In this document: piece by piece, positions 17,833 through 26,999 of the stretch
Numbering within the stretch: position 1 is the first letter of the stretch
How the letters are laid out: each line of letters opens with the position of its first letter
Assembly (NCBI GenBank): GCA_963796105.1
Contig: CAWCKJ010000004.1
Coordinates: forward strand, 32,001 to 96,000
Origin: a candidate division FCPU426 bacterium
GTDB taxonomy: Bacteria; Oederibacteriota; Muellerivitia; Muellerivitales; Muellerivitaceae
Direction of reading: 5' to 3'
DNA: 64,000 nt
The notes under the pieces: generated by a model
Seen by the model: the letters and a program-made list of their open reading frames with translations, nothing else
The model's database searches: none
What the model was told of the DNA's origin: nothing
Made by a program: the position numbers and the translations under genes

Positions 17833-18750
17833 TTAACCGGCAGTTTGTCTGGCTAGCTCATCCTTGATGAATTCTGTTCCAACGCCTTTATCCGTTAAAA
17901 TTTCATCGATGAAGGAATTCTCGTCGCCTTTAATAATATGACATTTGTGAACACCAGCATTTAAGACTTCGAGGCAAATATTAACCTTAGGTATCATTCC
18001 ACCCTTGATAACTTTTTTTGTTATTAAATCTTTAACCTGGCTTGTCGTTAAACTTGAGATAAGGTTTCCGTTTTCATCAAAAACACCATCTGTATCGGTC
18101 ATTAGGATTAATTTTTCGGCTTTAATTTTAGAAGCGATAATACCTGCAACGTCGTCGGCATTAACATTGAATCCGATATCATCGGGCTTTGTCCCAGCTG
18201 TTACGGATGAGACGATTGGGACAACATCTTCCGCAAGAGAGTTAAAAAGCGATACATCCACATCTTGTGGTTCTCCCACATAACCCAGGCCGAAAGATTC
18301 ATCTTTCTTCTTTGATCTCACAAAACCAGATTCACGACCCAGGATTAAGCCCTTGTATCCGTGCTTTGCAATTTCAACCTGAATTTCATGGCTTATTTCA
18401 GAAAAAACTTTAGCAGCTAATTGAAGTACCTCGCGAGAGGTTACTCTTAAACCATTATTTTTTTCAGGTTTAAGATTATTCTTTTTCATTTCCTCATCAA
18501 GCTGTCTTGAACCGCCATGAACCAAGACCACTTTGATTCCAACTTTTTTCAAAAACACCACATCTTCCACGAGAAAAGGTAATAAATTTGCCTCTTTGTT
18601 GTCCAATATAGACCCGCCAAGTTTTAAGACAAATTGCTTTTTTGCAAACTCATTTAAATAAGGAATGGCTTCTCGTAACCTTGGGCCGGAAAAATGAAAT
18701 GTTTTATGAAGTTCTCTTGCGGCCTTAATTAACGTTAGTTTTGGTGACAT
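17833..18750 (-). CDS. argB: Acetylglutamate kinase family protein
   Basis: VLKLGGS, VHGG, GLRVTS, NVNADDVA, LMTDTDGV, GGMIPKV, G.GTE motifs. Confidence 0.88.
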   Translation of the reverse strand: MSPKLTLIKAARELHKTFHFSGPRLREAIPYLNEFAKKQFVLKLGGSILDNKEANLLPFLVEDVVFLKKVGIKVVLVHGGSRQLDEEMKKNNLKPEKNNGLRVTSREVLQLAAKVFSEISHEIQVEIAKHGYKGLILGRESGFVRSKKKDESFGLGYVGEPQDVDVSLFNSLAEDVVPIVSSVTAGTKPDDIGFNVNADDVAGIIASKIKAEKLILMTDTDGVFDENGNLISSLTTSQVKDLITKKVIKGGMIPKVNICLEVLNAGVHKCHIIKGDENSFIDEILTDKGVGTEFIKDELARQTAG

Positions 18751-19495
18751 GAATCCCTCAAGCAAATGGTATTAAAAACCGAGCCTTAAAAAACCGGAAA
18801 AACCATCAAGGATGGAATCAATTTTCAAACTGAGTTCAAACCCTTTCCAGGAATGTCTTCAGAAAAAATTAACCACAAAAAGCTTAGCACTGAAAAACGG
18901 GGGCATCCATTGAATGTCAGTGCTTTCCTTCAACGGACGACGCATTCTATATGCGAAAATTGAAATCCGCAATATATAGCCTTCTTACCCCCCCCCGATA
19001 ATTACGGAATTATTGGGGTTCTTTACCTCCCCCTCCCCCCCCGGGGGTACTACTATACCACCTAGAGAGGGGGGACTCCCACCCCCCCTACCCTACCCCT
19101 AACGGCATTGTTTTCCTGAAATTAAGGCCCTTATAAATCAAAAATCAAGCACCCTTATGCAACGTTTGCCATATGAATTCCAATTTCAAAAAAGATTGCC
19201 AATTCCGAATGAATACAAATTCCAACCGATCTAAAAAGTCTGGTCTGTAAGTGATACACCGCTGGTCTACTACAATGACAAAAAACAGCTGCTCGGTTCG
19301 TGTCATATTGGTGTCATACTCAACCATTGCCAGCCAACTTATCCGACGCCAACTATCACCAACCAACAAAATGAAAAAGGGCCTCTGCCTGCCGGGTTCG
19401 CTAAAACCCTTATAGACAAAGGCCCAAATTTTCTGCTGAAGACGTGAATTTTTTTTCAAAAACTGGGGGCAAAGTTTAAACCGTAATCATGATAA

Positions 19496-19533
19496 TTACG
19501 AAACAGCTGCTCTACCAGCTGAGCTACCCCAGC
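19496..19533 (-). tRNA. 5' half of tRNA-Thr(CGT), truncated after the anticodon loop
   Basis: GCTGGGGTAGCTCAGCTGGTAGAGCAGCTGTTTCGTAA, then unrelated sequence with no 3' anticodon stem or T arm. Confidence 0.85.
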
Positions 19534-19688
19534 CCAAAGTCTCATAATTTCTAGGGCTTGTCGAAATTACCAAGTTTTCGTAATGAACTTGGCTCCAGCT
19601 TTTCTTAATCAAACTTCTTCAAAACTTAGTGAAGTTTACCGGCTCGTATAATCACCGTCAATGCTTTCTCTATCAAAGCTTAAAATAA

Positions 19689-19728
19689 AAAAATCCCCGG
19701 ATTCAGCATTGAATCCGGGGATAAAAAA
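19689..19728 (-). terminator. Rho-independent (bidirectional) terminator
   Basis: ATCCCCGGATTCA...TGAATCCGGGGAT hairpin with A-runs, after the stop at 19740. Confidence 0.8.
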
Positions 19729-19739
19729 CAAAAATTAAA

Positions 19740-20837
19740 TTACTTGGCGGTAACGTTTAGAACGGCGAAATTGAATTTTCCAGTGGTCTTTGGCTGGATA
19801 TTAAAAGTTTTCACCTGGCTGAAATCCTTAGGAGCGCCTTTAGTGGCGTCCGGCGGGGTGTAGTACGGGTCCAGTTGGAAAGAACTCAAGGGCACGGTTA
19901 TCCGTTCCCACTTCCCTTTCCCCTGGGTCTCTGGCGTTTCCGCGACATATTGGTTCGCCGCCTTATCCTTCAAGGCCAACCCGATAACGATCGCATCCTT
20001 GCTGTAAACAATCAGCTCGATCGAGTCGTTTTTGCTCAAATCAACACCGCCCCATGTCTTATCGCCGGCCCGGCACCACATTCCGCAATATCCTCCCTGC
20101 TTCAATTCATAATTAATCACCAAACATTTACGCTTTGTTCCGGGTATATCAACTGCAGCGTCGGCGAAAGTGGAACCCTGCGAGTCATGGAAACTGTCGC
20201 TCGATTTGGTGTCCTTCATGTTGATATCAGTCCAATCCTGAATGACGACAGTAGGTCCGGTTGAAGCGGGCTTCTTGGGCTCCTCGGCTTTCGGGGCTCC
20301 TTCCCCGCTAGTTTCAACCTCCGCCACCATCATGACGCCGGTTCCAACCGCCTTGGGAGCAAAATTCATGCCCTGGGTGTTGCTTACATCCAAGGGATGT
20401 CCCATGACGGCACCGGGCGGTTGATAGGTGCTATCCTTTGAAAAAGAGGAAAAGGGCAAGGTCACTTCCGTGAAGTCGGCCGAGGGAATAGTAAAGTTGG
20501 CGACGTACTGCACACCGAACGCGTCCTTCAGCGCCATTTGGGCGCCACCCGGAAGGGTCGACTTCACCTTGAATTTCAGACCGCTCGACTTGGAAAGGTC
20601 GGCCGTGAGATTATGCCAGATGCCCACGTAACCGCCCTGCACGAGAGTATAGGAAAGGCTGGCGGTCTTGACACCAGTACTGGCATCCACCGAAAAATCA
20701 ATCTTGGAACCCATGGTATCCAGGTAAGTTCCCGTGTTCGCCGCAGTGATCGCGGACCAATTCTCGACACTCCCCGCAAAAACAGCTGAAGTTTGGATTG
20801 CCAAAGCTAATACAATAAAGGCCAATATTCTTTTCAT
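19740..20837 (-). CDS. Secreted protein with two CBM11/CIA30-like carbohydrate-binding domains
   Basis: Signal peptide; duplicated domain (Y.L.QGGY.G.W...DLS...LKD...QYVA..V.LP.SSF..D..Y.PP.A). Confidence 0.75.
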   Translation of the reverse strand: MKRILAFIVLALAIQTSAVFAGSVENWSAITAANTGTYLDTMGSKIDFSVDASTGVKTASLSYTLVQGGYVGIWHNLTADLSKSSGLKFKVKSTLPGGAQMALKDAFGVQYVANFTIPSADFTEVTLPFSSFSKDSTYQPPGAVMGHPLDVSNTQGMNFAPKAVGTGVMMVAEVETSGEGAPKAEEPKKPASTGPTVVIQDWTDINMKDTKSSDSFHDSQGSTFADAAVDIPGTKRKCLVINYELKQGGYCGMWCRAGDKTWGGVDLSKNDSIELIVYSKDAIVIGLALKDKAANQYVAETPETQGKGKWERITVPLSSFQLDPYYTPPDATKGAPKDFSQVKTFNIQPKTTGKFNFAVLNVTAK

Positions 20838-20871
20838 CCGACGACTCCCTTCATTATCATTAATTGAAAAC

Positions 20872-21054
20872 TCACAACTTGTCTTCGATCAACCCCAAGA
20901 AAACCAATTCCAGTACGACATACACCGACGCATAAACGATATAGTCCATAATCAAATGACGTCCGTTGCCCCAGACGTAACTCACCAGGGACAGGAAAGT
21001 ATAGTTCAGGAACCACAACGACAGCACCAACCGCGGCATACTGAAATTCTTCAT
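20872..21054 (-). CDS. Small two-TM membrane protein
   Basis: 60 aa, AAGGGGGAG RBS, co-oriented with ruvA. Confidence 0.55.
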   Translation of the reverse strand: MKNFSMPRLVLSLWFLNYTFLSLVSYVWGNGRHLIMDYIVYASVYVVLELVFLGLIEDKL

Positions 21055-21080
21055 GGCAACTCCCCCTTGGCTCCGAAAGC

Positions 21081-21689
21081 TTAAGACACGGCTATGGATT
21101 TTAAACTAGATTTCAAAATTTCTTCAACAGTTGATTTATCCCCCAAGGACTGGACCGTGTTCAAGACAGCCCGCCTGGACTCCCCCGCGGAATAACCCAA
21201 GGTCATCATGGCCTGAATGGCGTCCGAGATTCCCTTCGAATCTGCGTCAAAAGCGCTTTCCCCCAGATCAAGTCCCGCCCCGGCTAATTTTGCCACCTTT
21301 TCTTTCAGTTCGAAAACGATATGCTGCGCGGTTTTTTGCCCAATGCCGGGGATGGATTTAAGAAGGACCAGATCATTCCGCAGAATGGCCTCGAAAAAAG
21401 CCTCGGGGGCGGAGGCGGAAAGAATATTCATCGCGGCCTTGGGCCCCACCCCGGAAACCGAGAGAGCCAAGAGAAAGGCCTGTTTCTCGGCATCCCTTAA
21501 GAATCCGAACAATTGTTGTATATCCTCCCGGACAAGGTGGTAAGTTTTCAGAAGGACGGTTTTTCCCGCAGGGGGAGCCGCCTGCAGGGTCTTTTGAGAC
21601 ACGAACACCTCGTACCCGACGCCGTTGACATCGATTTCAACCCGGTCGGGATGCTTGGCCGTCAGGACTCCCTGCAAAAAAGCGATCAC
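21081..21689 (-). CDS. ruvA: Holliday junction branch migration protein RuvA
   Basis: MIAFLQG, GVGYEV, VREDIQQLFGF, GVGPKAA, PGIGQKTA. Confidence 0.96.
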   Translation of the reverse strand: MIAFLQGVLTAKHPDRVEIDVNGVGYEVFVSQKTLQAAPPAGKTVLLKTYHLVREDIQQLFGFLRDAEKQAFLLALSVSGVGPKAAMNILSASAPEAFFEAILRNDLVLLKSIPGIGQKTAQHIVFELKEKVAKLAGAGLDLGESAFDADSKGISDAIQAMMTLGYSAGESRRAVLNTVQSLGDKSTVEEILKSSLKSIAVS

Positions 21690-21716
21690 ATTCCCTCCAA
21701 AGCTGCAATAAAGAGG

Positions 21717-22280
21717 TTAGTCTTCCAAAAACTTCAAGTGCACCAGGATATGGAGAAGCTCCTCCACCTGTGTGAGGGCCGGAGCCTCCTTGTTCTGGGC
21801 CGCCGCGTACCAAAATGAAATGACGCTTTGGTCGAGCCAAATTCCCTTGGTCTCGAAATCCTCGTCGATCACCAGGGCCTTGTAATAATGCTCGTCCAGT
21901 TCATTATCCGAAAAGGGGCTCTTCAAGCCGGAAGCCCTCAACTTGATATGCTCCTTGGCCTGGTTGAAATATTTCTGGTCGTCCTCCGCCAGGTTCTCAT
22001 AAACCACCTGGGCGGCTTCCCGGTCGATAGACTCGAGAATTTTCCCGTCCACCCAAACTCCCATGCTGTCCTCGTCCCAAAGATAGTCATGGCCCTGGTG
22101 TTCCAGGATGGTCATGGGCTGGCCGCTATCGGGACTGAGCAACTCGGATTTTCCCTTGTTCTCGGTGGCCTTGAGGAAATCCTCGGCCGTGACGTTATAT
22201 TTCTCGTCAACCGGGTACCCGCATTCGGGGCAATACCGGGCGTTTTCGTAGATCTTGTTTCGGCAGTTTTTGCATTTCAT
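21717..22280 (-). CDS. Zinc-ribbon protein with two degenerate zf-TFIIB-like repeats
   Basis: CKNC/CPEC at N-terminus; GVWVD and GIWLD motifs. Confidence 0.75.
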   Translation of the reverse strand: MKCKNCRNKIYENARYCPECGYPVDEKYNVTAEDFLKATENKGKSELLSPDSGQPMTILEHQGHDYLWDEDSMGVWVDGKILESIDREAAQVVYENLAEDDQKYFNQAKEHIKLRASGLKSPFSDNELDEHYYKALVIDEDFETKGIWLDQSVISFWYAAAQNKEAPALTQVEELLHILVHLKFLED

Positions 22281-22293
22281 ATCGAAAAATCTC

Positions 22294-22830
22294 CTATTCT
22301 TTTTCTTTCCGGGAAATCCCCGGGTTCTTGGAAAGTCTCTTCACTAATTCCGATAAAAGCGTTCCGGAGCACTGGGCGTGCGCCAAGGCTACCGCCAGAG
22401 CGTCCGCCGTGTCATCCGGCTGGGGGACATTGTCGAGCCCCAGCAGAAGTTTCACCATTTTCTGAATCTGCCCCTTGTCAGCCCCCCCGAAACCAGCCAC
22501 GGCCTGCTTGATCTCCATGGGCCGGTACTCGTAAACCCTCACCCCTTCCAAACCGCAGGCCGTCAAGGCGGCGCCCCTCGCCTGTCCGACCGCGATGGCG
22601 GTCTTGGTGTTGCGGGAGAAAAACAATTCCTCCATGGCCACGGCCTCAGGCCGGACTTTCCTCAAGATCTTCCGCAGTTGGCTGAAAAGTGCCGCCAGCC
22701 TTTCCTCCAGCGGATCCTTGGCCGATGTGGTCAAGGTGCCGTATTCCATCGCCTGATAGCGGTTCCCCAACCTCGTCAAGGCCCCGTATCCCATCCGTGC
22801 GAGGCCGGGGTCGATGCCCAGAATTATCAT
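22294..22830 (-). CDS. ruvC: Crossover junction endodeoxyribonuclease RuvC
   Basis: ILGIDPG, E.LFFSRN, QARG, K.AV.G.G.ADK, DDTADALA. Confidence 0.96.
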   Translation of the reverse strand: MIILGIDPGLARMGYGALTRLGNRYQAMEYGTLTTSAKDPLEERLAALFSQLRKILRKVRPEAVAMEELFFSRNTKTAIAVGQARGAALTACGLEGVRVYEYRPMEIKQAVAGFGGADKGQIQKMVKLLLGLDNVPQPDDTADALAVALAHAQCSGTLLSELVKRLSKNPGISRKEKE

Positions 22831-22852
22831 CCCCTTCGCGGGGGAAGCCTGC

Positions 22853-23602
22853 TTATCTTCCAAGTTTTCCCATGATTTCTTCGGAGATCTCGAAATTCGC
22901 GTAAACGTTTTGGACATCCTCGTGCTCATCCAGCGCATCAAAGAGCCTCAGGAGCGATTCGGCTTTCTTCTGGTCCAGCGGAATGGTTGTATTGGGGATC
23001 ATCGTCACCTCGGCGCTCTCCATCGTGATCTTCTTGTCCTCCAGGGCTTTTTTCACTTTATCGAAAGTGTCGGGAGCCGTCACAACCTCATAGCTGTCCC
23101 CCTTGTCGCTTTTAAGGTCCTCCGCGCCGGCGTCCAGGACCAGGCCCATCAGCTCATCCTCCCCGATCGCGGACTTGGCCAAGGAAATCAAGCCCTTCTT
23201 GAGGAACATGAAGGATACGGAACCGGACTCCCCCATGTTTCCCCCGTTTTTGGAGAAAATAGAGCGCACATCCGCCGAGGTCCGGTTGCGGTTATCCGTA
23301 ACAGCCTCCACCAGGAGGGCGACACCCGCCGGACCGTAGCCTTCATATAAGACCTCTTCCAGGGCGGCGGCGGCTTCAACTCCAGTTCCCTTGTTGATGG
23401 CCCGCTTGATGGTATCGGCAGGCATGCTGGCTTCCCGGGCTTTGACCAGAATGGTCCTCAAACGAAGGTTCGTGTCGGGATCGCCGCCGTTCTTGGCGGC
23501 AAGCTGGATTTCCTTGGCGATTTTGGAAAAAACTTGCCCGCGCTTTTGGTCCAGCGCTCCCTTATACCTTTTGACTTTCGCCCATTTGCTGTGTCCGCTC
23601 AT
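22853..23602 (-). CDS. yebC: YebC/PmpR family protein
   Basis: MSGHSKW, YEGYGP.G, TDNRNRT, DVQNVYAN. Confidence 0.96.
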   Translation of the reverse strand: MSGHSKWAKVKRYKGALDQKRGQVFSKIAKEIQLAAKNGGDPDTNLRLRTILVKAREASMPADTIKRAINKGTGVEAAAALEEVLYEGYGPAGVALLVEAVTDNRNRTSADVRSIFSKNGGNMGESGSVSFMFLKKGLISLAKSAIGEDELMGLVLDAGAEDLKSDKGDSYEVVTAPDTFDKVKKALEDKKITMESAEVTMIPNTTIPLDQKKAESLLRLFDALDEHEDVQNVYANFEISEEIMGKLGR

Positions 23603-23869
23603 CTTTAAACCCCAATGATTAAAAAAATATTTTTTTCAAACCTTCAAAAACGTATTTTTTTCATCTTCCAATGAAGAACCCGCTTCAGGGTCCGTAGGAA
23701 AATATGGCTTTCCATTAAAAAAAAAGGTCTTAAAACAACAAAAGTCCGTCTTTTTGGCGGGACGACCCAAAAAAACGAACCCTAGTGATAATGAACCGGA
23801 TTATATCCATGACCCTAGTGAAAGGCTACAAAAAACACCCGATAAATTCCCCGAAAGTTATTACGGATT

Positions 23870-25630
23870 CTATGGTTTATTGAATTTTGCGGATTCCTCC
23901 CTATTTGATCCGGGTAAAGTACCAGCTAGAAGGAAAACCAAGGGCGCGTTCCAGTTGATAGCCACCTCGTTGGAAGCATAGGATTCCCTTTCATCCGTGT
24001 AACTCCGGGCGGGCGGCCCTGGCCTCATCCTTTGCAACGCCGAATCCTGGCGATATTGGTTGGGCCCGCCAGCCAGCAAGCCAGGCCAAGCTTGGGGAAT
24101 CTTAATCGCCGCGCTGGGCCTATGATGGGGGTTCCGCACCGAATGACTTCCCAAGCGCGTGACAAAGCACAAGCCGAAAGTGTTTCTCCCGAAAAGATAA
24201 TGCAGGTTTTCCAAGGCAGCCTTTTGAAAATCCGATTCCGGGGACATGGCATTGGCCATGAGTAAAAGCATTCCATAATTTCCAGCAACGGCGTTGGAAC
24301 CCCAGATGTAATTCGCGGTCGCGAGACTGTTGTGATATCCATTCGACGAGGTCCTTTGCGAAACGACCTTGGCGGCTTCCAGGGTCTGGGTTTTTATTTC
24401 ATCCAGGGCATCCGGCTGGGCGTTTTTCCTGCCGGAAAAATAATAAGTCCATAGCCCTAAATCCTCCACATGGGCCCAATCAGGGGGCCTGTTATCGGAT
24501 ACAGGGTAAAGTTTGTAATTCTTCAGAAAGAATTTGTTGTACTCCTCCTCCCCCGTGGTCCGAAAGAGCTCGGCTGATGCCCAAAGCAGTTCATCCCCGC
24601 ACTCGGTATCCCCGTAGGCCCCGGTGGAGACGCCAGGAGGATTTTGAGCGAAGAAGGAGTTCGGATGGGCGGATGCCCATTGCCAGGCTTTTGCGGACGC
24701 CCTCAGGCAGGAATCGGCGTAGGCTGGCAGGAACGGCTTGTAAACCCTCGCCGCTATGGCCATTACCGCCGAGAAATCGGCGGTAGCCGCTGTCCCTTTG
24801 TAAGGTTCTTTTCCCGTGCCGATGATAAATCTGGACCCGCTGTCTTGTTCCGGAAGGATGAACCCGCAAAAGCGGTGGTCGGTCAATTTGTGCCAAACTC
24901 CGCCGTCAGAGTCCTGCATGGCGAGCATCCAGTCCAGGTTCCACTTGATCTCGTTGATCATGTCCGGCACGCCGTTTCCAGTTTCGGGTAGGTCCAACCT
25001 GACACCCTTGACCTTATCCTGGTACCACTCATAGGCCCAAAGCAGGGTGCCTGTGGCGATTCCGGAATTGACCGCGTATTTGCCGTAATCCCCCGCGTCG
25101 TGCCAACCCTTGACGGCCTGGACCTTTCCTTTTATTCCCGAGGAAGGGTCGAATTGGGCGTCCTCCAGGTGGCAGGCCTCATGATGGCATTCCGGAAAAC
25201 GGGGCCCCATGTCCACCTTGATCCCGCAACGTTGTCCGTAATAGGCCCTCATGCATAAGTAGAAAGCGTCGGAATAAACATCGGGGGAGATTTGGAAGGG
25301 ATAACTGTCCCCCACTCCCTCCACTCTCAGGAAATAGTCGCCCTTGCCTTTCAACCTGCTGAAATCCGCGGCCCGCAAAACGTCGCCGGAGTCGGTGTCC
25401 GTGACTGGTTTACCCAAGAGGCCTTTAAAGACGACGGATTGGTCCTTGGCCCTTAGGACTTTGAAACGACCCAAAGCTTTTTCGGAAGTGATGAAAGCGA
25501 TTTTATGGCTGGAGGGCAGGTAACCCACCTGGTCGATTTTGATTTCCAGGCTGGGGTCGGCGAAAGCGCGAAGCGCCAAAAGAAACGCCGTGAGACAAAA
25601 AAACAAACTGACTTTTCTGCTCAGTTTCAA
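23870..25630 (-). CDS. Glycoside hydrolase family 9 (endoglucanase) with N-terminal Ig-like domain
   Basis: DQVGY, GWHDAGDYGKY, PHHRPS, YTD...SYASNEVAINWNA. Confidence 0.93.
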   Translation of the reverse strand: MKLSRKVSLFFCLTAFLLALRAFADPSLEIKIDQVGYLPSSHKIAFITSEKALGRFKVLRAKDQSVVFKGLLGKPVTDTDSGDVLRAADFSRLKGKGDYFLRVEGVGDSYPFQISPDVYSDAFYLCMRAYYGQRCGIKVDMGPRFPECHHEACHLEDAQFDPSSGIKGKVQAVKGWHDAGDYGKYAVNSGIATGTLLWAYEWYQDKVKGVRLDLPETGNGVPDMINEIKWNLDWMLAMQDSDGGVWHKLTDHRFCGFILPEQDSGSRFIIGTGKEPYKGTAATADFSAVMAIAARVYKPFLPAYADSCLRASAKAWQWASAHPNSFFAQNPPGVSTGAYGDTECGDELLWASAELFRTTGEEEYNKFFLKNYKLYPVSDNRPPDWAHVEDLGLWTYYFSGRKNAQPDALDEIKTQTLEAAKVVSQRTSSNGYHNSLATANYIWGSNAVAGNYGMLLLMANAMSPESDFQKAALENLHYLFGRNTFGLCFVTRLGSHSVRNPHHRPSAAIKIPQAWPGLLAGGPNQYRQDSALQRMRPGPPARSYTDERESYASNEVAINWNAPLVFLLAGTLPGSNREESAKFNKP

Positions 25631-25678
25631 TCCACCTTTGGTAAAAACTAACTTAAAAGCATTGAGAAGATAATACCC

Positions 25679-26923
25679 TCAAGACCCTTTCGCAATGATT
25701 TTCAAAAATACTTTACCTGACCGAATCAAGCCTGTTTCCCCCTGAGCGATCTGTATGGTCTCGTTGAATGACGCTATCTTTTTTTTCTCGTTTCTGGCGT
25801 CCACCCATTCCACAGCGCCCTGGTTGATCAGCCTCTTGGCGTCGCTCTTGGTTCCGGAGATCCCCACCTTCACCAGGAAATCCGCCGCCTTGTAGGTTTC
25901 GGGCTCCACCGGCACCACCGGGTAATCCACGGATTGGTCCAGGTTGTGGCGGTTCTCGAAATAGTCCCAGGCCTCCTTGGCTTTTTCACTGCCGTAAAAA
26001 CGCTCCGTGATTTCCTTGGCCAGGTCCTGCTTGGCCTTCCGGGGGTGGTATTCCCCTTGGGCCACCTTTTTCTTGCGGTCCTCCCAATCCCGGGTGTTAG
26101 AAAGAAGCTTGTAATATTTCCACATCAACTCATCCGAAACGCTCATAAGCTTGGAGAACATCTCATTCGGCGGTTCCGTCACCCCCACATAATTGCCCAG
26201 GCTTTTTGACATCTTCTTGACTCCGTCAAGCCCCTCCAGGATGGGCATGGCAAGGATCACCTCCGGCTCCTGGCCAGCCTCCACTTGCAACGCTCTGCCC
26301 ACCAGGCAGTTGAACTTCTGGTCGGTCCCGCACATTTCCACGTCCGATTTCAGCACCACTGAGTCATAGCCCTGGATGAGGGGGTAAAGAAGTTCGTGCA
26401 GGCTGACTGGTTTTTGCTCCTTCATGCGGTTGGTGAAATCATCCCGCTCCAGGATCCGGGCCACGGTGTATTGCGAGGCCAGGCGGATGATATCCTCGAA
26501 GGACATGGGCCGGCACCATTCGCTGTTTCGCCGGATCTCGATCTTGGCGGAATCGTCATCCAGAACCTTGTAAACCTGCTCCAGGTAGGTCTTGGCGTTG
26601 GAATCCACTTCCTCCCGGTTGAGGGGCTTCCGGGCGGATGATTTCCCCGTGGGGTCCCCGATCATGGCCGTGAAATCCCCGATCAAGAACTGGACCTTGT
26701 GGCCCAGATTCTGGAACTGCCGGAGCTTCTGAAGAACGACCGTGTGGCCCAGGTGAATGTCGGGGGCGGAGGGGTCCATTCCCAACTTGATCTTGAGAGG
26801 CTCGCCCTTTTGATAGGCTTTCTTGAGTTTCTCCAGAAGTTCGGCCTTGGAGATGACCTCCGCGGCTCCCTGGAGAATCTCCTCGATCTGCTGTTCAGGC
26901 GTCTTTGTAAAAGTGGTTTTCAT
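25679..26923 (-). CDS. tyrS: Tyrosine--tRNA ligase
   Basis: HLGH and KMSKS motifs, YPLIQGYD, GTDQKFN, C-terminal S4 domain. Confidence 0.97.
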   Translation of the reverse strand: MKTTFTKTPEQQIEEILQGAAEVISKAELLEKLKKAYQKGEPLKIKLGMDPSAPDIHLGHTVVLQKLRQFQNLGHKVQFLIGDFTAMIGDPTGKSSARKPLNREEVDSNAKTYLEQVYKVLDDDSAKIEIRRNSEWCRPMSFEDIIRLASQYTVARILERDDFTNRMKEQKPVSLHELLYPLIQGYDSVVLKSDVEMCGTDQKFNCLVGRALQVEAGQEPEVILAMPILEGLDGVKKMSKSLGNYVGVTEPPNEMFSKLMSVSDELMWKYYKLLSNTRDWEDRKKKVAQGEYHPRKAKQDLAKEITERFYGSEKAKEAWDYFENRHNLDQSVDYPVVPVEPETYKAADFLVKVGISGTKSDAKRLINQGAVEWVDARNEKKKIASFNETIQIAQGETGLIRSGKVFLKIIAKGS

Positions 26924-26999
26924 GGGGGCCCATCATAACAAAAGGCCCGGCAACGGGCTTTTGAAAAAACAAGGCTGTGGCTATAATGATGCGCCTTGG

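Noticed and set aside
19145..19459. Possible integrase remnant beside the tRNA fragment
   Set aside because: No tyrosine or serine recombinase motifs in any listed frame.
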